64,000 nt of DNA. Source: Octopus sinensis. Lineage: Eukaryota. A model generated the notes under the pieces. The model ran no database searches and was not told where the DNA came from. It was given only the letters and a program-made list of their open reading frames with translations. Every line of letters begins with the position of its first letter. Within the stretch, counting starts at the first letter, position 1. The stretch is taken from positions 13,454,001 to 13,518,000 of the forward strand of contig NC_043012.1 of the NCBI RefSeq assembly GCF_006345805.1. Reading direction: 5' to 3'. Positions 1 to 12,204 of this stretch are shown here, one piece after another. The translations under genes and the position numbers were made by a program.

Positions 1-159
1 TTATTGTATGGAAAGTGTTCTGCGTAGGATGTGTACAGTGCCTAGTAGTGCAATTTTCTGTATGTTATATGTGTTTGTAAGTCCTGGTGTTTTTGTTATG
101 TATTTGTCTGAATATTTTTTTATCATGCCTAATGCACCTACTATGATAGGAATTGTTTC
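1..159 (-). mobile_element. 3' coding end of an RLE-type (R4/Dong-like) non-LTR retrotransposon, fragment A
   Basis: Minus strand translates ETIPIIVGALGMIKKYSDKYITKTPGLTNTYNIQKIALLGTVHILRRTLSIQ*. This is the same C-terminal motif (PIIVGALG...QKxxLxGTxHxLRR) seen in the longer RLE fragment at 311-1457. Confidence 0.75.
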
Positions 160-173
160 TTCTTCTTCTTCTT

Positions 174-246
<73 letters not shown>

Positions 247-260
247 TATTATTATCATCA

Positions 261-310
<50 letters not shown>
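160..310. repeat. Compound trinucleotide microsatellite (TCT)n(TTA)n
   Basis: Directly visible. It is the source of the poly-S/Y/I/L ORFs at 8-424. Confidence 0.97.
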
Positions 311-312
<2 letters not shown>

Positions 313-1457
313 TTTTTTTTTCTTCTTTCAAATTTTCTTCCATTTCTTGCCGAGTGTCTTCCCGACTCCTAGGGCAAAGAAACTCATAGTGTATATTGGT
401 AGGCCATTAAACCAAACTCAGTAGTTCGTTCATTTTTTTTAAAATTAATATACATGAGCAGCAACAGTTCTCACATCGACAATGCTCTTCTCAATACGTG
501 TGATGTACCAGTTAAGACAATCTTTTGCACTTCTTGCAGGGATGGTAAGCCAGGGATCATTCTCATATAATTTTCGGTTCCCTTCTTGATCATTCCTAGT
601 GCTCCTACGATCACTAGTATTGTAACCGCCTTGAGATGCCACATTTTCTCAACTTCAATGGGTAGGTCTTTATATTTTCTGAGCTTGGGATGCTCATGTC
701 GATCAATAAGCAAACTTTATTGTTTTGGTCTTTCACAACAATATCTGGTTTATTGGCCTTGATGGTTCGGTCTGTATGTACTGGAAAGTCCCACAGAATG
801 GTTACATTTTCTCCTTCAGTTACAGCCTCAGGGTGGTGATTATACCACTTGTCGGCAGTTTTGATATTGTAATGCCGACTTATTAGCCAGTGGAGATATT
901 GGCCAACTCTGTCATGTCTTAATTTATACTCCACTGGTGCTAAGACTTTACATCCAGAGATTAAGTGGTCCACTGTTTCAATCATGTCGTTGCAGAATCG
1001 GCATTTTGGGTCTGCTCCATTTTTCATCACATTGGCCTGGTAGTTCTGGGTTAATAGGCTTTGGTCTTGAGCAGCCACGATGAAACCTTCGCTCTCTGCT
1101 TTTAGCCCTGAGCTCCGCACCCACTGATGGGTTTGATTCTGGTCAACATCAGCTTGTTTGCTGCGGGTCACATATTTGCCGTGCAGAGGTTTCTCCTCCC
1201 ACCTATCAGCCAATTGCTCGTGCGCTTTTTTCATTGCCATCATTTTCACCTTCTTTGCAACAATAGTTGTCGTACTTCCCTCGGGTTGTTCAGTTTGGGT
1301 ATCCTGCACGAGATCAATAGCAAATTTTTTGCTTTCCTTGATGATAGAATGAAGCTTCTTTCGTCTCTCGTGATTTTCCACGAGCTTTAGCATCCAGTCA
1401 TTCGATATTTCGAGATATTTGGCCAGTCCAATTGTGGTTGTTTTGTAAGCTAGTTTT
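311..1457 (-). mobile_element. 5'-truncated R4/Dong-like non-LTR retrotransposon (CCHC knuckle + restriction-like endonuclease), frameshifted, fragment B
   Basis: ORF 614-1594 contains CRFCNDMIETVDHLISGC (CCHC), RHDRVGQYLHW and KPDIVV...LIDMSIP (PD-D nuclease). After a frameshift, ORF 471-713 continues KYKDL..E..W..VIVGALG..LQEVQKIVLTGTSHVLRRALSM*. The 3' UTR runs into (TAA)n. Confidence 0.9.
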
Positions 1458-1482
1458 ATTATTATTATTATTATTATTATTA

Positions 1483-1517
<35 letters not shown>

Positions 1518-1545
1518 TGTATTATTATTATTATTATTATTATTA

Positions 1546-1589
<44 letters not shown>
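1458..1589. repeat. (TTA)n microsatellite
   Basis: Directly visible; separates RLE fragments B and C. Confidence 0.97.
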
Positions 1590-2193
1590 GCCATTACCTT
1601 TGCGCAGCTTCTAAAGCTGGAGATGTACTGCGGTGTCAGCTGTTCACTAACAGTGAACTAAGGTAACACCTCTTATCTTTCGAGCACCTTCGAGCACCTT
1701 ATCTTTCAGGCCATCCAAGCAGTGCTACTTTTTATGAGTACTCCACCCTTATTGCAGCCCATATATATTCCACGTACTTCTCGAGATTGTTGCCCACCGT
1801 TCTCATGGCTCCAACAATTATTGATACTACTGCTACTATATTTCATCGAACACAACTGCTTAACTTCCCAAGCTAACGTGTCGTATCTATCGACTTTTCT
1901 TTCTTCCTTATCGCATACCTTGTTGTCAGCTGGGCATGCTATATCTATGATTCAACATCGTTTGTTTTCTTTTTCAATTAAGCCTATGGCTGGCTTCCTA
2001 TTTTCTATCTCATGGTTGCACTGAATCATAAAATCCCATAGGATCTTTGCATTTTTATTTTCGGCGATGCCTTCGGGTTTGTTGTCGTAACAATTTTTTG
2101 CTCTCTCAAGTCCTTACTTGTTACAAAGTGTCCAATGGACAGGCCTGGCTATATTGTCGTGGCGCCTTATATTCCTTCCGGGCTGGTTGCGAT
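1590..2193 (-). mobile_element. Degraded 5'-truncated R4/Dong-like RLE retrotransposon, fragment C
   Basis: Minus strand gives RHDNIARPVHWTLCNK*...KPEGIAENKNAKILWDFMIQCNHEIENRKP..IEKENKRC*IIDIACPADNKVCDKEEEKVDRYDTLAWEVKQL, with stops and frameshifts. Confidence 0.8.
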
Positions 2194-2243
2194 ATTATTA
2201 TTATTATTATTAGCAGCAGCAGCAGCAGCAGCAGCAGCAGTGT

Positions 2244-2293
<50 letters not shown>
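2194..2293. repeat. Compound microsatellite (TTA)n(GCA)n(GTA)n
   Basis: Directly visible. Confidence 0.95.
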
Positions 2294-2560
2294 TACGGAA
2301 ACTCTTACCTTATTTTTCTGTGTATGATGGAAAGTGTCAGCTGCTCACAACCAGCAAACTAAGGAGGGACTCGTTTACTGATCATGCTTCAAGATGTCTG
2401 CGGAGACCACTTACAGATTCAAACAATAATGATTTTTAAGGCTTCTATCGTTATATTTGTGCCAATCTCTCTGAGGCTCGTTGATAGTTGAGTGATGATT
2501 CCTCCAAGTGCGCAAATTACTATTGTTAACAAGACCACACTGCGTATTCCTCACTTTAAT
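2294..2560 (-). mobile_element. 3' end of a fourth RLE-type retroelement, fragment D
   Basis: Minus strand reads LTIVICALGGIITQLSTSLREIG..(fs)QKSLLF...LRRHLEA*. Its 3' UTR shares CCTTAGTT...GTGAxCAGCTGACAC with fragment C. Confidence 0.6.
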
Positions 2561-3518
2561 AGTTCACTTCTTTTACTGAATATTCAGTCACGGCTACTTT
2601 TATTAGAACGTAAAGGTGATCGTACGGCGTGAACCCTCTATATGGATCTGGTTACCAAATTAATTAAGCACGAACTGTTATTAATTGTATTCGGCATCAT
2701 AAAACTCAACGGGAATGTAACAGTTAATATAGAGAATATTTGTAGAAAAAGATCGACGGCGGCAAAATCGTACTTAGCCATTTCTTTGTTACAAACAAAG
2801 GCTGTATTATACATATTAGGGAATATGCGGTGAGATCTTATGTACATGAGCTGTCTCAAACTTCCCAGAATAATATAGACACAAACACGCTGACCAAAAT
2901 ACATTTAAAAGGAATAGAGTGACATCCGGCTATGTTCAACTTCTTGGCCAATTTAGCGACCTGCACAGAAAACATGATAGCCACTTAAAACACTTTTTGA
3001 TCCTACTTATTGGATCTGTCGTAAATCACTTGAAGTAGCGCAAATATCCGATACTAATATTTTGAATACTCAAATACCATACGCCATATTTTTTTCGTGT
3101 TTATTATGTAAATACAACTATGCCAGTATCCATATCGATGATACAGTGAAAGGTTGATAATTTGCTTTGTTATTAATGCTTTGTTTTGTCTTCTTATTAT
3201 GGATATAGTTATATTTCTATCCCACAATTTACTGATTCCTTCTTTCGTTCAAGGTTCAACTAGCTATGGCATTAATGATAAATAGTATTATTTAACAATT
3301 CAGTGATAAACGTGATCATTGCTTATTTATTAATGTAAATATTATAAATTTTAAACGTTCATGTCTTGTTCTCATTTATTGAAATCAATCAGTGATAACT
3401 AACACTCTAGGGAGTTAAACGGCAGAAGTTCTATAGATACTAAACTCTTTCTGGCAAGTGTTTCGGTCCTTAACTACTTACATTCTTATCTAATTTGCTA
3501 TTTCAATAAACAATGTTA

Positions 3519-3530
3519 TTTTCTTTTCAG
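3519..3530 (+). other. Probable splice acceptor of a 5'UTR intron of the first receptor gene
   Basis: Pyrimidine tract TTTTCTTTTCAG ends at 3530, 23 nt before the ATG at 3554. No transcript evidence. Confidence 0.5.
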
Positions 3531-3553
3531 GTATTCTTATTTCATACGAGACG

Positions 3554-4669
3554 ATGAATATCAGAAGCGGCATACTCGTTTTCTTCTATATACCGCATAT
3601 ATTTGCAAGTTCTTATTTAACTGACCGTGATTTAAGAGATACACTTCTTAAAGGTTACAACAAAGATGTTCGTCCTGTACGAAATATTACCCAAAATCTA
3701 AATATTGATTTATATTTTAAATCAGTCGTTATATACAATCTGGATTTGTTTGAAGGAATATTACATAGTAAAATAATTATAGAGTCTAGATGGAAAGACG
3801 AATATCTTTGCTGGGATCCCATCAAATATGACAATCTAACTCAAATAGAATTCCAATCTGACTCCATTTGGGCACCGAATATATTTGTAAGCAATGCAGA
3901 AAAAGTTACTAAAGGTTCAGGTTTTAGTGAATATATTACAGTGAGTTATGACGGAAGGACATCCTATTTAATTCGAAGCATTTATCGTACATACTGCTCG
4001 ATTGACTTTTACAAATATCCTTTTTCATTCAATAAGTGTAAAATATACTTTTGGTTATCCAATGAAATGGTCTCATACCTGACGTTACAAACTATAGATT
4101 TCACTAACACAACGAATGTATGGACAACCATTTGGAATATTCAACTAGATGGCCATAAATATGAGGACGACAATTCGACAGACGGTTTCCAATTAATAAT
4201 CATGTTAGAACAGTCTTCATCTGCGAATAATGTTGCGATAATTATAGGAATTTTGTTGCTATCATTACTGACGATATGCATATTTCTTTTGCCTGCAGAG
4301 AGTGGGGAGAAGGTTACATTTTCAACTACACTCTTTCTCACCAATATTCTCTATCTTGTTGAAAGTGGGAGAGCGATAAGTACGAATGGGTCAGAAATAC
4401 CTTTGTATCTACTTTACATACTTTATCTGACAACAGCCAGTAGTCTTTCCTGTGTTGGATCTATCTTTATCTGTCGGCTCTATCAACACTCAGTACTGGA
4501 AAAGAACCTGAACCAACAGTCTGAGAGTCGATACAAGGAAAATGTTCAGCCAAGGAAATGTGGAAAACTATCTTTAAATTACACACAACTTAACCGACTC
4601 TCACTTTTTATCACTCTTTGTTTGTTCGGGTCTACTCTTCTTCTTGTGATTATTCACTTTTTCGACTAA
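3554..4669 (+). CDS. Cys-loop ligand-gated ion channel subunit, atypical nAChR / chemotactile-receptor-like (CR-1 here), single coding exon, 371 aa
   Basis: Contains a signal peptide, GYNKDVRP, WKDEYLCW, WAPNIF, the Cys-loop CSIDFYKYPFSFNKC (C-x13-C), LPAESGEK before M2, four hydrophobic TM segments and a short M3-M4 loop. There is no vicinal CC in loop C. Confidence 0.95.
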   Translation: MNIRSGILVFFYIPHIFASSYLTDRDLRDTLLKGYNKDVRPVRNITQNLNIDLYFKSVVIYNLDLFEGILHSKIIIESRWKDEYLCWDPIKYDNLTQIEFQSDSIWAPNIFVSNAEKVTKGSGFSEYITVSYDGRTSYLIRSIYRTYCSIDFYKYPFSFNKCKIYFWLSNEMVSYLTLQTIDFTNTTNVWTTIWNIQLDGHKYEDDNSTDGFQLIIMLEQSSSANNVAIIIGILLLSLLTICIFLLPAESGEKVTFSTTLFLTNILYLVESGRAISTNGSEIPLYLLYILYLTTASSLSCVGSIFICRLYQHSVLEKNLNQQSESRYKENVQPRKCGKLSLNYTQLNRLSLFITLCLFGSTLLLVIIHFFD

Positions 4670-4675
4670 CCTAAA

Positions 4676-4677
<2 letters not shown>

Positions 4678-4753
<76 letters not shown>
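4678..4753. repeat. (TA)/(TG)n microsatellite immediately after the CR-1 stop codon
   Basis: Directly visible. Confidence 0.97.
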
Positions 4754-4756
<3 letters not shown>

Positions 4757-6522
4757 CACACATACATACAAAAAAGACTTAGTAAATATTGTTGTCAATT
4801 ACGTATTTTTAATCGCAGATACGAAGAAATATATCAAAACATTACATTTCTTCTTACCCAACGGCGTTTGTATTTTCCTTTTGAAAAAGCTTGTTCCCAA
4901 TACCCAAAATATTTACTGTCACAAATTACTCCAATCTCTACTGAGATTGTAGCAATTATTTTTGAGAATTGTTTTAATGACTTTATGAAGATTTTATAAA
5001 TGCATAAATTCTTTAAAATTTCTGGTTAAGGAAAACATCATTAGAAAAGGCCTTTCATACTGGTTTTCAAGTGTAAGTGAAAGAATTGTACTCATACACT
5101 AACCCAGTAATTTCGATGTTTATTCTATAGCAAAATTATGACCAAGTGCTGGTTGCTTACATAAAATTATGATTTATTCTTGTCTTTGCTGGCGAATCAC
5201 ATTTGTATATCATAAGAGAATTTTCATTTTCACAGAATAGTAAGTCGCTGTATAAAAGATCTACAATTTAACAAAATTCAATAACAATTAAAATGAAGTC
5301 ACTCTGCATGTCTCAGATCCTTAAATGCAAGACAAGTAATACTGGAAACGGAAGTTAAATAAGTAAAAAGAGCGTTTAGCTAAGTGATATTTACTTGTCA
5401 AAGTTAAGTGTAGAATATTTAGAAATGAAAACCCTGTTGATGTCAAAAATTCTGATTTATAGTTTTAATCTGTTGGGATGTATAAATCGAATTATAAACT
5501 ATTTTCAAATGTTTACTAATTATTTGTAATTTCTAAATTTACAAAATATACCACTGTTTTGACTTATTAGCAATTTCCTGTGGATGGTCAGGTATACTCA
5601 GTGATTGTCACTAAGGGATTTGTGTAAGCCATTTACGAAAATCAAAATATTCATAATGATTGTTTTCATTCTATGTTGTCATTATTAAGGTAGAATAACT
5701 GATGTCATTACAATTTCAACTTATAAGAATTATGAAGAACACATCGTAATTTTTGTGAGATGAAGTAATTTCAATAAACAACATTACATCATTCCGATAT
5801 GTAGTTGCTACATTGTGTATATACATAAATATTCTTAGTTGCAGACATATCACAAATTCACACAACCAGGTGAACCGTAGTATTTCCGAGTTCTATCCAA
5901 GATTTCGGAAAAGGCCATTGGGAAGGCCTACATAACGATGTAAAGATGGATTTAGTTAAATTATTTGAATAATAACATCGCATAGTGTAGTCGATACAGA
6001 GATACAGTGATAAATATGCAAGAACGTATTATGTATGTATATTTGCACGCAAATATTTATGCGTCGTATTGGTACGAATGGAAGTTGTGTAGGAGTGATT
6101 TGACTTACAAATTTGCTTTTGGTGCAATTTTTGTATTTTATATCGTTATTTATTTTTGAATCGTGGCATTTATCGATTAAAATAGCTAATCTTTTATAGC
6201 AGAAATGCCATTTCCATAATGTACTTACGTGAAATTCTTATGTAATACAGTCAATAGAAAAGAGAACTCCAATATGTGGTATCAGTATTGTTTTGTGTTG
6301 AATTGAGTGCGCGCGGAGCCATATAAACATTGATGTCGGGATCAATTTCCGGTGGTTCGGCTCATCTTTTTTTCAGTCAATCTTTTAGGTTTAGTCGCTC
6401 TAAATAGAGAATATATTATTATTGTGTACATAATTATAGTTATCATTAAAGGACCTCTGTGTGACGCTCTTCCCCGTAATTAAAATTCTTCGGGTTAATA
6501 TATATATATATATATATATGTT

Positions 6523-6710
6523 GTGGTTTCAAAGTTAGGTGTAAGACCAGAAATTTCGAAGAGCCGAGGAAGTCGATTACATCGATCCCAGTGCTCAGCA
6601 CATATTTATTTTATCGACACTTCAAGATGACTGGTAAAGTCGACCTCGACTCAATTGGAACTCAGAGCGTTAAGATGCACGAAATGCCAAGCTTTCAGCG
6701 TAGCATAGAA
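6523..6710 (-). mobile_element. tRNA-derived SINE, degraded
   Basis: Minus strand has a B-box-like GAGTTCCAATT followed by GAGGTCGACTTT...TCGATAAAATAA. Similar blocks occur at 35590-35930. Confidence 0.55.
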
Positions 6711-7454
6711 AATTAAGGCCTGTTGCGTAAATGAGTCAGACCCTGCAAGTTGCCCGTCGTCAAGTCAACTATCGCTTTCATTATTACTTCGGCGTTTCTT
6801 CGGTTTTCACAATACTCCGCTTTTCTTTTCGACAGATGAGTCAGGCAGTTGAGGTAGACACTGGACTCCATCTAGCTTTCTAACCCACGTCTCGTACCGA
6901 ACACTTTTTGCTAAGTACAGCTGAAACAAAGCACCGTTCTCCTTGGTATTAAATAAACATAGCTCAATGTGATCTGCAAAATACCGATTGTGGATTTGTT
7001 TCAAAGTTGACCCATGGATTAGCTTTCGTGCTTCACGTTGGAGAATTGATCGATGGTTAGTCTCGCCGCGACAAAGTCCATTGCGATTACTTTCGTAATT
7101 GGTCTGCTACTGCCTTCTCCATTAATTCTATTTTCCGACGTTTTTAGTCCAAGCTTTAAAATTATAAGTTTCATAGTTTCGCTTCTGATCAGATGGATAT
7201 TGGTGTATTTAAAGTTTTGTGCAAACCAAGTAATCGATCGTGTTAGTAATTTTATAAAAACCTTGACGTGGCGATTGCAAAATTTCTACCTGGCGCACGG
7301 CATCATAGAACCCGTTGACGGTAGGATTGGTGATGTTTAAGATGGTGGTACTGGCAACGGAGGTGGAAGTTGTAGGTGTGTTTAGTCGATTATTTAGTCT
7401 TTTCTTCTTTACGTATTTATCTTTGTAGCGGTTGATTTTATTCTGAACGTTGTT

Positions 7455-7866
7455 GATATCGTTTCGATCTGCATTCGTAGGGGTTAGTGGGGATAGTGTT
7501 GGTGTTGATATCGTTTCGATCCGCATTCGTAGGGGTTAGTGGGGATAGTGTTGGTGTTGATATCGTTTCGATCCGCATTCGTAGGGGTTAGTGGGGATAG
7601 TGTTGGTGTTGATATCGTTTCGATCCGCATTCGTAGGGGTTAGTGGGGATAGTGTTGGTGTTGATATCGTTTCGATCCGCATTCGTAGGGTTAGTGGGGA
7701 TAGTGTTGGTGTTGATATCGTTTCGATCCGCATTCGTAGGGGTTAGTGGGGATAGTGTTGGTGTTGATATCATTTCAATCCGCATTCGTAGGGGTTAGTG
7801 GGGATAGAGTTGGTGTTGATATCGTTTCAATCCGCATTCGTAGGGGTTAGTGGGGATAGTGTTGCT
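7455..7866. repeat. Minisatellite, 8 copies of a 52-bp unit GATATCGTTTCGATCCGCATTCGTAGGGGTTAGTGGGGATAGTGTTGGTGTT
   Basis: Units start at 7455, 7507, 7559, 7611, 7663, 7714, 7766 and 7818. One unit is 51 bp; the last two carry a few substitutions. Confidence 0.95.
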
Positions 7867-8237
7867 GTTGCTTTCACCAGTGTTTCAAATGTGTGGTTTT
7901 TGTTGGCGCTGTTGTTCCTGACCTTCAAATTGATGTTCATTGATTCTCTGTTTACAGGTAGTAGTGGAAACTGGTTATTGTGTTGCTTGTTAGTTAATTT
8001 AAATGTCCCTTGGGAAGGGACATTTGTGAAGTGATATTAGTTTTTTTTTATAAACATTTTTATATTCTCTACTCAAACTTTTGGAAAAATTTACCCGAGG
8101 TGAGAGTGCGACGAACAGATTTTTGGGATATTGATTGACATCATAACAGCATGATAAAAATAAAACTAAAATTAATTTCTTCAAAACAACAAAATTCTAT
8201 AACATCTGAGCTTCAAAACAATGCCTTTCTTTTGCAT

Positions 8238-8239
8238 TA

Positions 8240-8319
<80 letters not shown>

Positions 8320-8350
8320 AAGAAGAAGAAGAAGAAGAAGAAGAAGAAGA
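8238..8350. repeat. (GAT)n(AAG)n compound microsatellite
   Basis: Directly visible; source of the poly-D/poly-K ORF 8221-8586. Confidence 0.97.
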
Positions 8351-9559
8351 AAGATAGCTCCGGGCTAAAAATCAACATGGACGTACAGCAAGAATCTCTC
8401 TCTAAAAATGAATTTAAACCAACAACGTCGGAGAAATGGAAAGGAAACTTGGAAATAAATCTGAGAGAAATGATTTTTTTTAAAGCAAATCAACTAAAAA
8501 ATAATTGTTATATTAAGCATTGTTTCTCCTGTGTATACCTCAGAGTGACATGTGCAGAAAATCGAAATCAACATCAGGAACTTTGAGATAAATCCGTTAT
8601 ATGCACAGCATGTACGTAAATTAACTGCGTATACATTCAACTGTTTATGCGTACGTGTATACATGTTAATATATATAAACTACGTAAATAATGCTAACAA
8701 GACATACACATGCATGCACACACTCACACATACAATACATGCATATATACATACACACATGTGCCGACAAAACACAGTGCAAGAGAAGGAAAAGAAGCCA
8801 AAATCAACACGCCTTTCCACGAACACGATAGGGGCAAATAATCACTATCATGCACGAAGACACTTGTACCAAAAAAGTGAAAAAGAAAATGAAAATGAAA
8901 AAAATAGAGGTGAATTTCGTTTTTAAACTTCATGCTAGAGACTTATCAATTCAAAGAAGTTGGAAGCGGTGTTTTGTTAAAAAGTGTTACGTCGCACGTT
9001 CGGATGACCTCTACTCAACTCTGCTCTGCTATCCTAATACCAACTTTGTTTTCATGGCAACAAGCCTATGTTTAACAAAGCGAAATTTATACTGAATCGA
9101 TCTTCGCTCGAGTGAGGAAGGGCCGCGTTAACCTATGCAGAGCTGGCCACGGCGCATACAGTTTGCTAGTGGTTTACACCTCTCCATAAATATGAGTCTA
9201 GAGGATTCCTGCAAAAAAGACAACTCCTAATGGCCTTCCAGGCAACAAGTAAACCAAAAGACAGAAATGGTGTAAGTGTTATAATAAAGAAGTCATTCAT
9301 GCTTACTACGCTGCTATGTTTCAACCAACCGACGTCTCAAACATTGAACACCCATAGAACCTGGAATGAAAAAAACCCTAACATAAGACTAAACATGCAA
9401 ATGTATGAAGAAATATTATACAAGTGAAATTGGTAACCGGCATCGAAATTAACAAAATAAAAGAAAACGTAAAATGAGATCTAAGAAACGACACAGCGAT
9501 TGCAACTCGCATAATAACAGACAGAAGATATGTCAGCAAGAAGAAGTAAACAACAAGAG

Positions 9560-10260
9560 ACACACAATCAGAATCAACCTAAATACTCTCCCTGGTGATC
9601 AAACAATTCCAGAGAAAATAATCGATAATCGAGAAGGCATTTGGAAATAGAATACTTGAAGAACAAATAATCACTGAAAGGATCAAAATCCAAAATAAAG
9701 TCATGAAGAAATATAGTGACATTCTTCTTAAATTCACAACAGTGAAAAAAAAGTAATAAATTATTTGTCAAATGAGCACAGCCATCAAATCCATCAAAGA
9801 CGAAGTAAACGTCGCAGGCATCAATGGGATTTTGTACTCTGCTGCTACAGTCCACACCAAAACGTGTGGCATACAACTGAAAAATAGTGTGCTAATTCCC
9901 CATAAACACCCTGAGTAGCAAGAAAAATCAAGTAACAAATCGACGCATCTGAAATGGAAATCTTGAAAAGCGGCAGCCATGATACAAAACCATCTAAAAA
10001 GAGAAAGGGAATAAGAAAGTGCAAATTGGAATGACAACATTAGTTTGCTGGAGTAGTGGAGAAATTAAACGAAGACGTTTAGGGCAAAAATACCTTATAT
10101 ACTGCTTCAAAAAATTAAATACATGTTTAAAAATAATCCAATGAGGTTGTATAAGCATACTGGAAAGAACAACATCAAAATAGGAGAAGTCCCTCAAAGC
10201 GTGAATTATTACGGTCTTGGAAGAAAATGTGGACATATGAAAATGAGGACAACAGTGATG
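9560..10260 (+). mobile_element. Degraded N-terminal region of an RLE/R4-like retrotransposon ORF
   Basis: Fragments INGILYSAATV and QKIKYMFKNNPMRLYKH...GEVP..(fs)WKKMW resemble the pre-RT region of R4-clade ORFs. Many stops. Confidence 0.4.
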
Positions 10261-10559
10261 TCCCTTCAATTAAGAAACAAAAAGATGACACTGGGCTGAT
10301 ATGGGGAGAAATAAAGGTAGATATCAGACTCAAGTGTTGATGTCAGACCCCAAACTTTCAAAACTTCACAAGAAACTAACTTGTTACAACATAAGCTTAA
10401 TTTTAAATGAGGTCTCTGTATGTATTAACTTAAACTTTCCTGTTGCTTTTTTAGCTTCTATTATACATACATATATATATGTATATATATATATATTATG
10501 CATATAAATTATTGTATCATTTATGATGTACTTCGATGAAATAAACGATGCAATTTGCA

Positions 10560-11430
10560 TTCGCTTTGTATTTGTGATTTCATTTCTCTCTCACGATTTT
10601 TTTCCGACAGTTTTGTATCTCAACTTCTACTGACTTTCCCAGGAATGCATTATGTGGGACGTTGGATTTTCTTGATGTTGGGTTTTGTTGAAAGGCAATG
10701 TGAAGATAGAGTGTGCTGTTCGTCCGCTGTCGAGAAGAGTCGAGGCTATTCCTGAGGAGGCAACAGCAACAGTAAGGTTACCATTATATCGCAACTTCGC
10801 ACGAAGAAGATTCAGGCGAAATGTGTTTCCAGTTCCACCGGAGCTTCTAAGAAGATGCTTTCGCCAGTGCATGTAAGGATGTTTCCGAGGACAAAATTGC
10901 ATACGTCAGCTGGATCGGAATTCAGGTGCTCAATGTCTGCGATTTACTGCTTTAGTTTGCAACTGTTGTTGGATGTTTCTCTGAAAATGAGGCGATTGGG
11001 ATGGGCGTCTTCATTTGTGCCTGGGGTTTTCAGAGTATAAGCGTCCAACACTTTACCTCCATTTGCCATAACGAAGTCTTCCAATGATGTAAATGGCAGC
11101 GCTAGTGGGAGTATTGACGCTACCTGTGATATGGCGAGTGATATGGTATGACACATCGAGTCTTTGTGTTTATTCCAAAGTGAATGTGCACCTGTCAGGT
11201 TGCAGAAAACCAGTATTATTGCAAAAACGTGGCGGAGCTTCTGCAGGGAACAACACAGAAAGGTCTCTCCGAGTGCATTATCATGTTGGTCATCTGTATC
11301 TAAAAGTCCCCGTTTGGCGCAATCATCTGTGAATGTGCCGCGTATATGGCCATTCACTGTGCAAAGGTAGCTGAAGGAGGTTGCTCCATTAATGACATAA
11401 AGTGCAGCAGATGGAAGCATCATTGATTTT
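10560..11430 (-). mobile_element. Helitron RepHel fragment (PIF1-like helicase start and preceding linker), pseudogenised
   Basis: GATSFSYLCTVNG...GLLDTDD...LRHVFAIILVFC...LW, followed by GGTGNTF.LNLL.AKLR...VAVASSGIASTLLDSGRTAHSIFTLP (degenerate Walker A plus the PIF1 ASSGIAA/GRTAHS motifs). Confidence 0.88.
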
Positions 11431-12204
11431 GCTCAGATCACTGTCTCTATTGATACGATATCAGAAACACACCCACTGAAATGTTAAGTTTAATATAGCA
11501 TGATAGTGAAGACCTATGTGCGTCATCACATCATCGTGTTTAAGATAGTGATCAAAGAAAGCTATGATTTACCTGTTGTCAGAGGAGTAGATTGGTAATT
11601 AAGGTAGCTGTACGCATATTAGGTGTGTGTTAATGCAAAACGCCCATCCTACCTGTTGCTCAGAGTGAATATAGCGCTCGTATCAAATCCGGCAGTCAAT
11701 AAACAGAACACAATAGCATACAATACACAACGTTCGCATATTTTTAATAAAATGAGAAATTCGATTTTATTCAATCTTTCAATTGACATGCTGCATACAA
11801 AATCTCTTGATATTGTTACAATTGGATATTTTCTGTGCGCAATAAAGGAACTGCTCTCAGGCTTAGCTACAAGTAAGATGGTGTAATGACGATTTGGATA
11901 CTTGATTGAATCTTCAAAGCTTTCTATACATCAATACGAAGCGTTGTTTATTTTACGAAACTTCATAACACATTTCTGAATTTCTTTAATATTGATACTG
12001 AGCATTATGTGAGGCACAACATTAATATAATGGGGAAAATGTACTAGTCATCAAAAACCATATTTCAGCAAATAAATTTCATTAAAGAAATGCGGTTTTA
12101 AAATTGCATAATATATCTAATGGAAAGAGGATATAATTAGATTAGAGTTAAAAGAAACGATGTCTGTGTGTGCGTCCATATCTATATATAATTTTTTTCT
12201 TGTT

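Noticed and set aside
8-424. Poly-S/Y/I/L/N ORFs, and the many [12 protein letters not shown] ORFs throughout the window (e.g. 13081-13895, 21815-23915, 36774-37113, 39406-40573, 41808-42116, 52680-52973)
   Set aside because: They are translations of tri- and dinucleotide microsatellites, with no domain content.
7455-7866. 52-bp repeat array as a CRISPR
   Set aside because: The units are contiguous with no unique spacers, there are no cas genes, and the context is eukaryotic.
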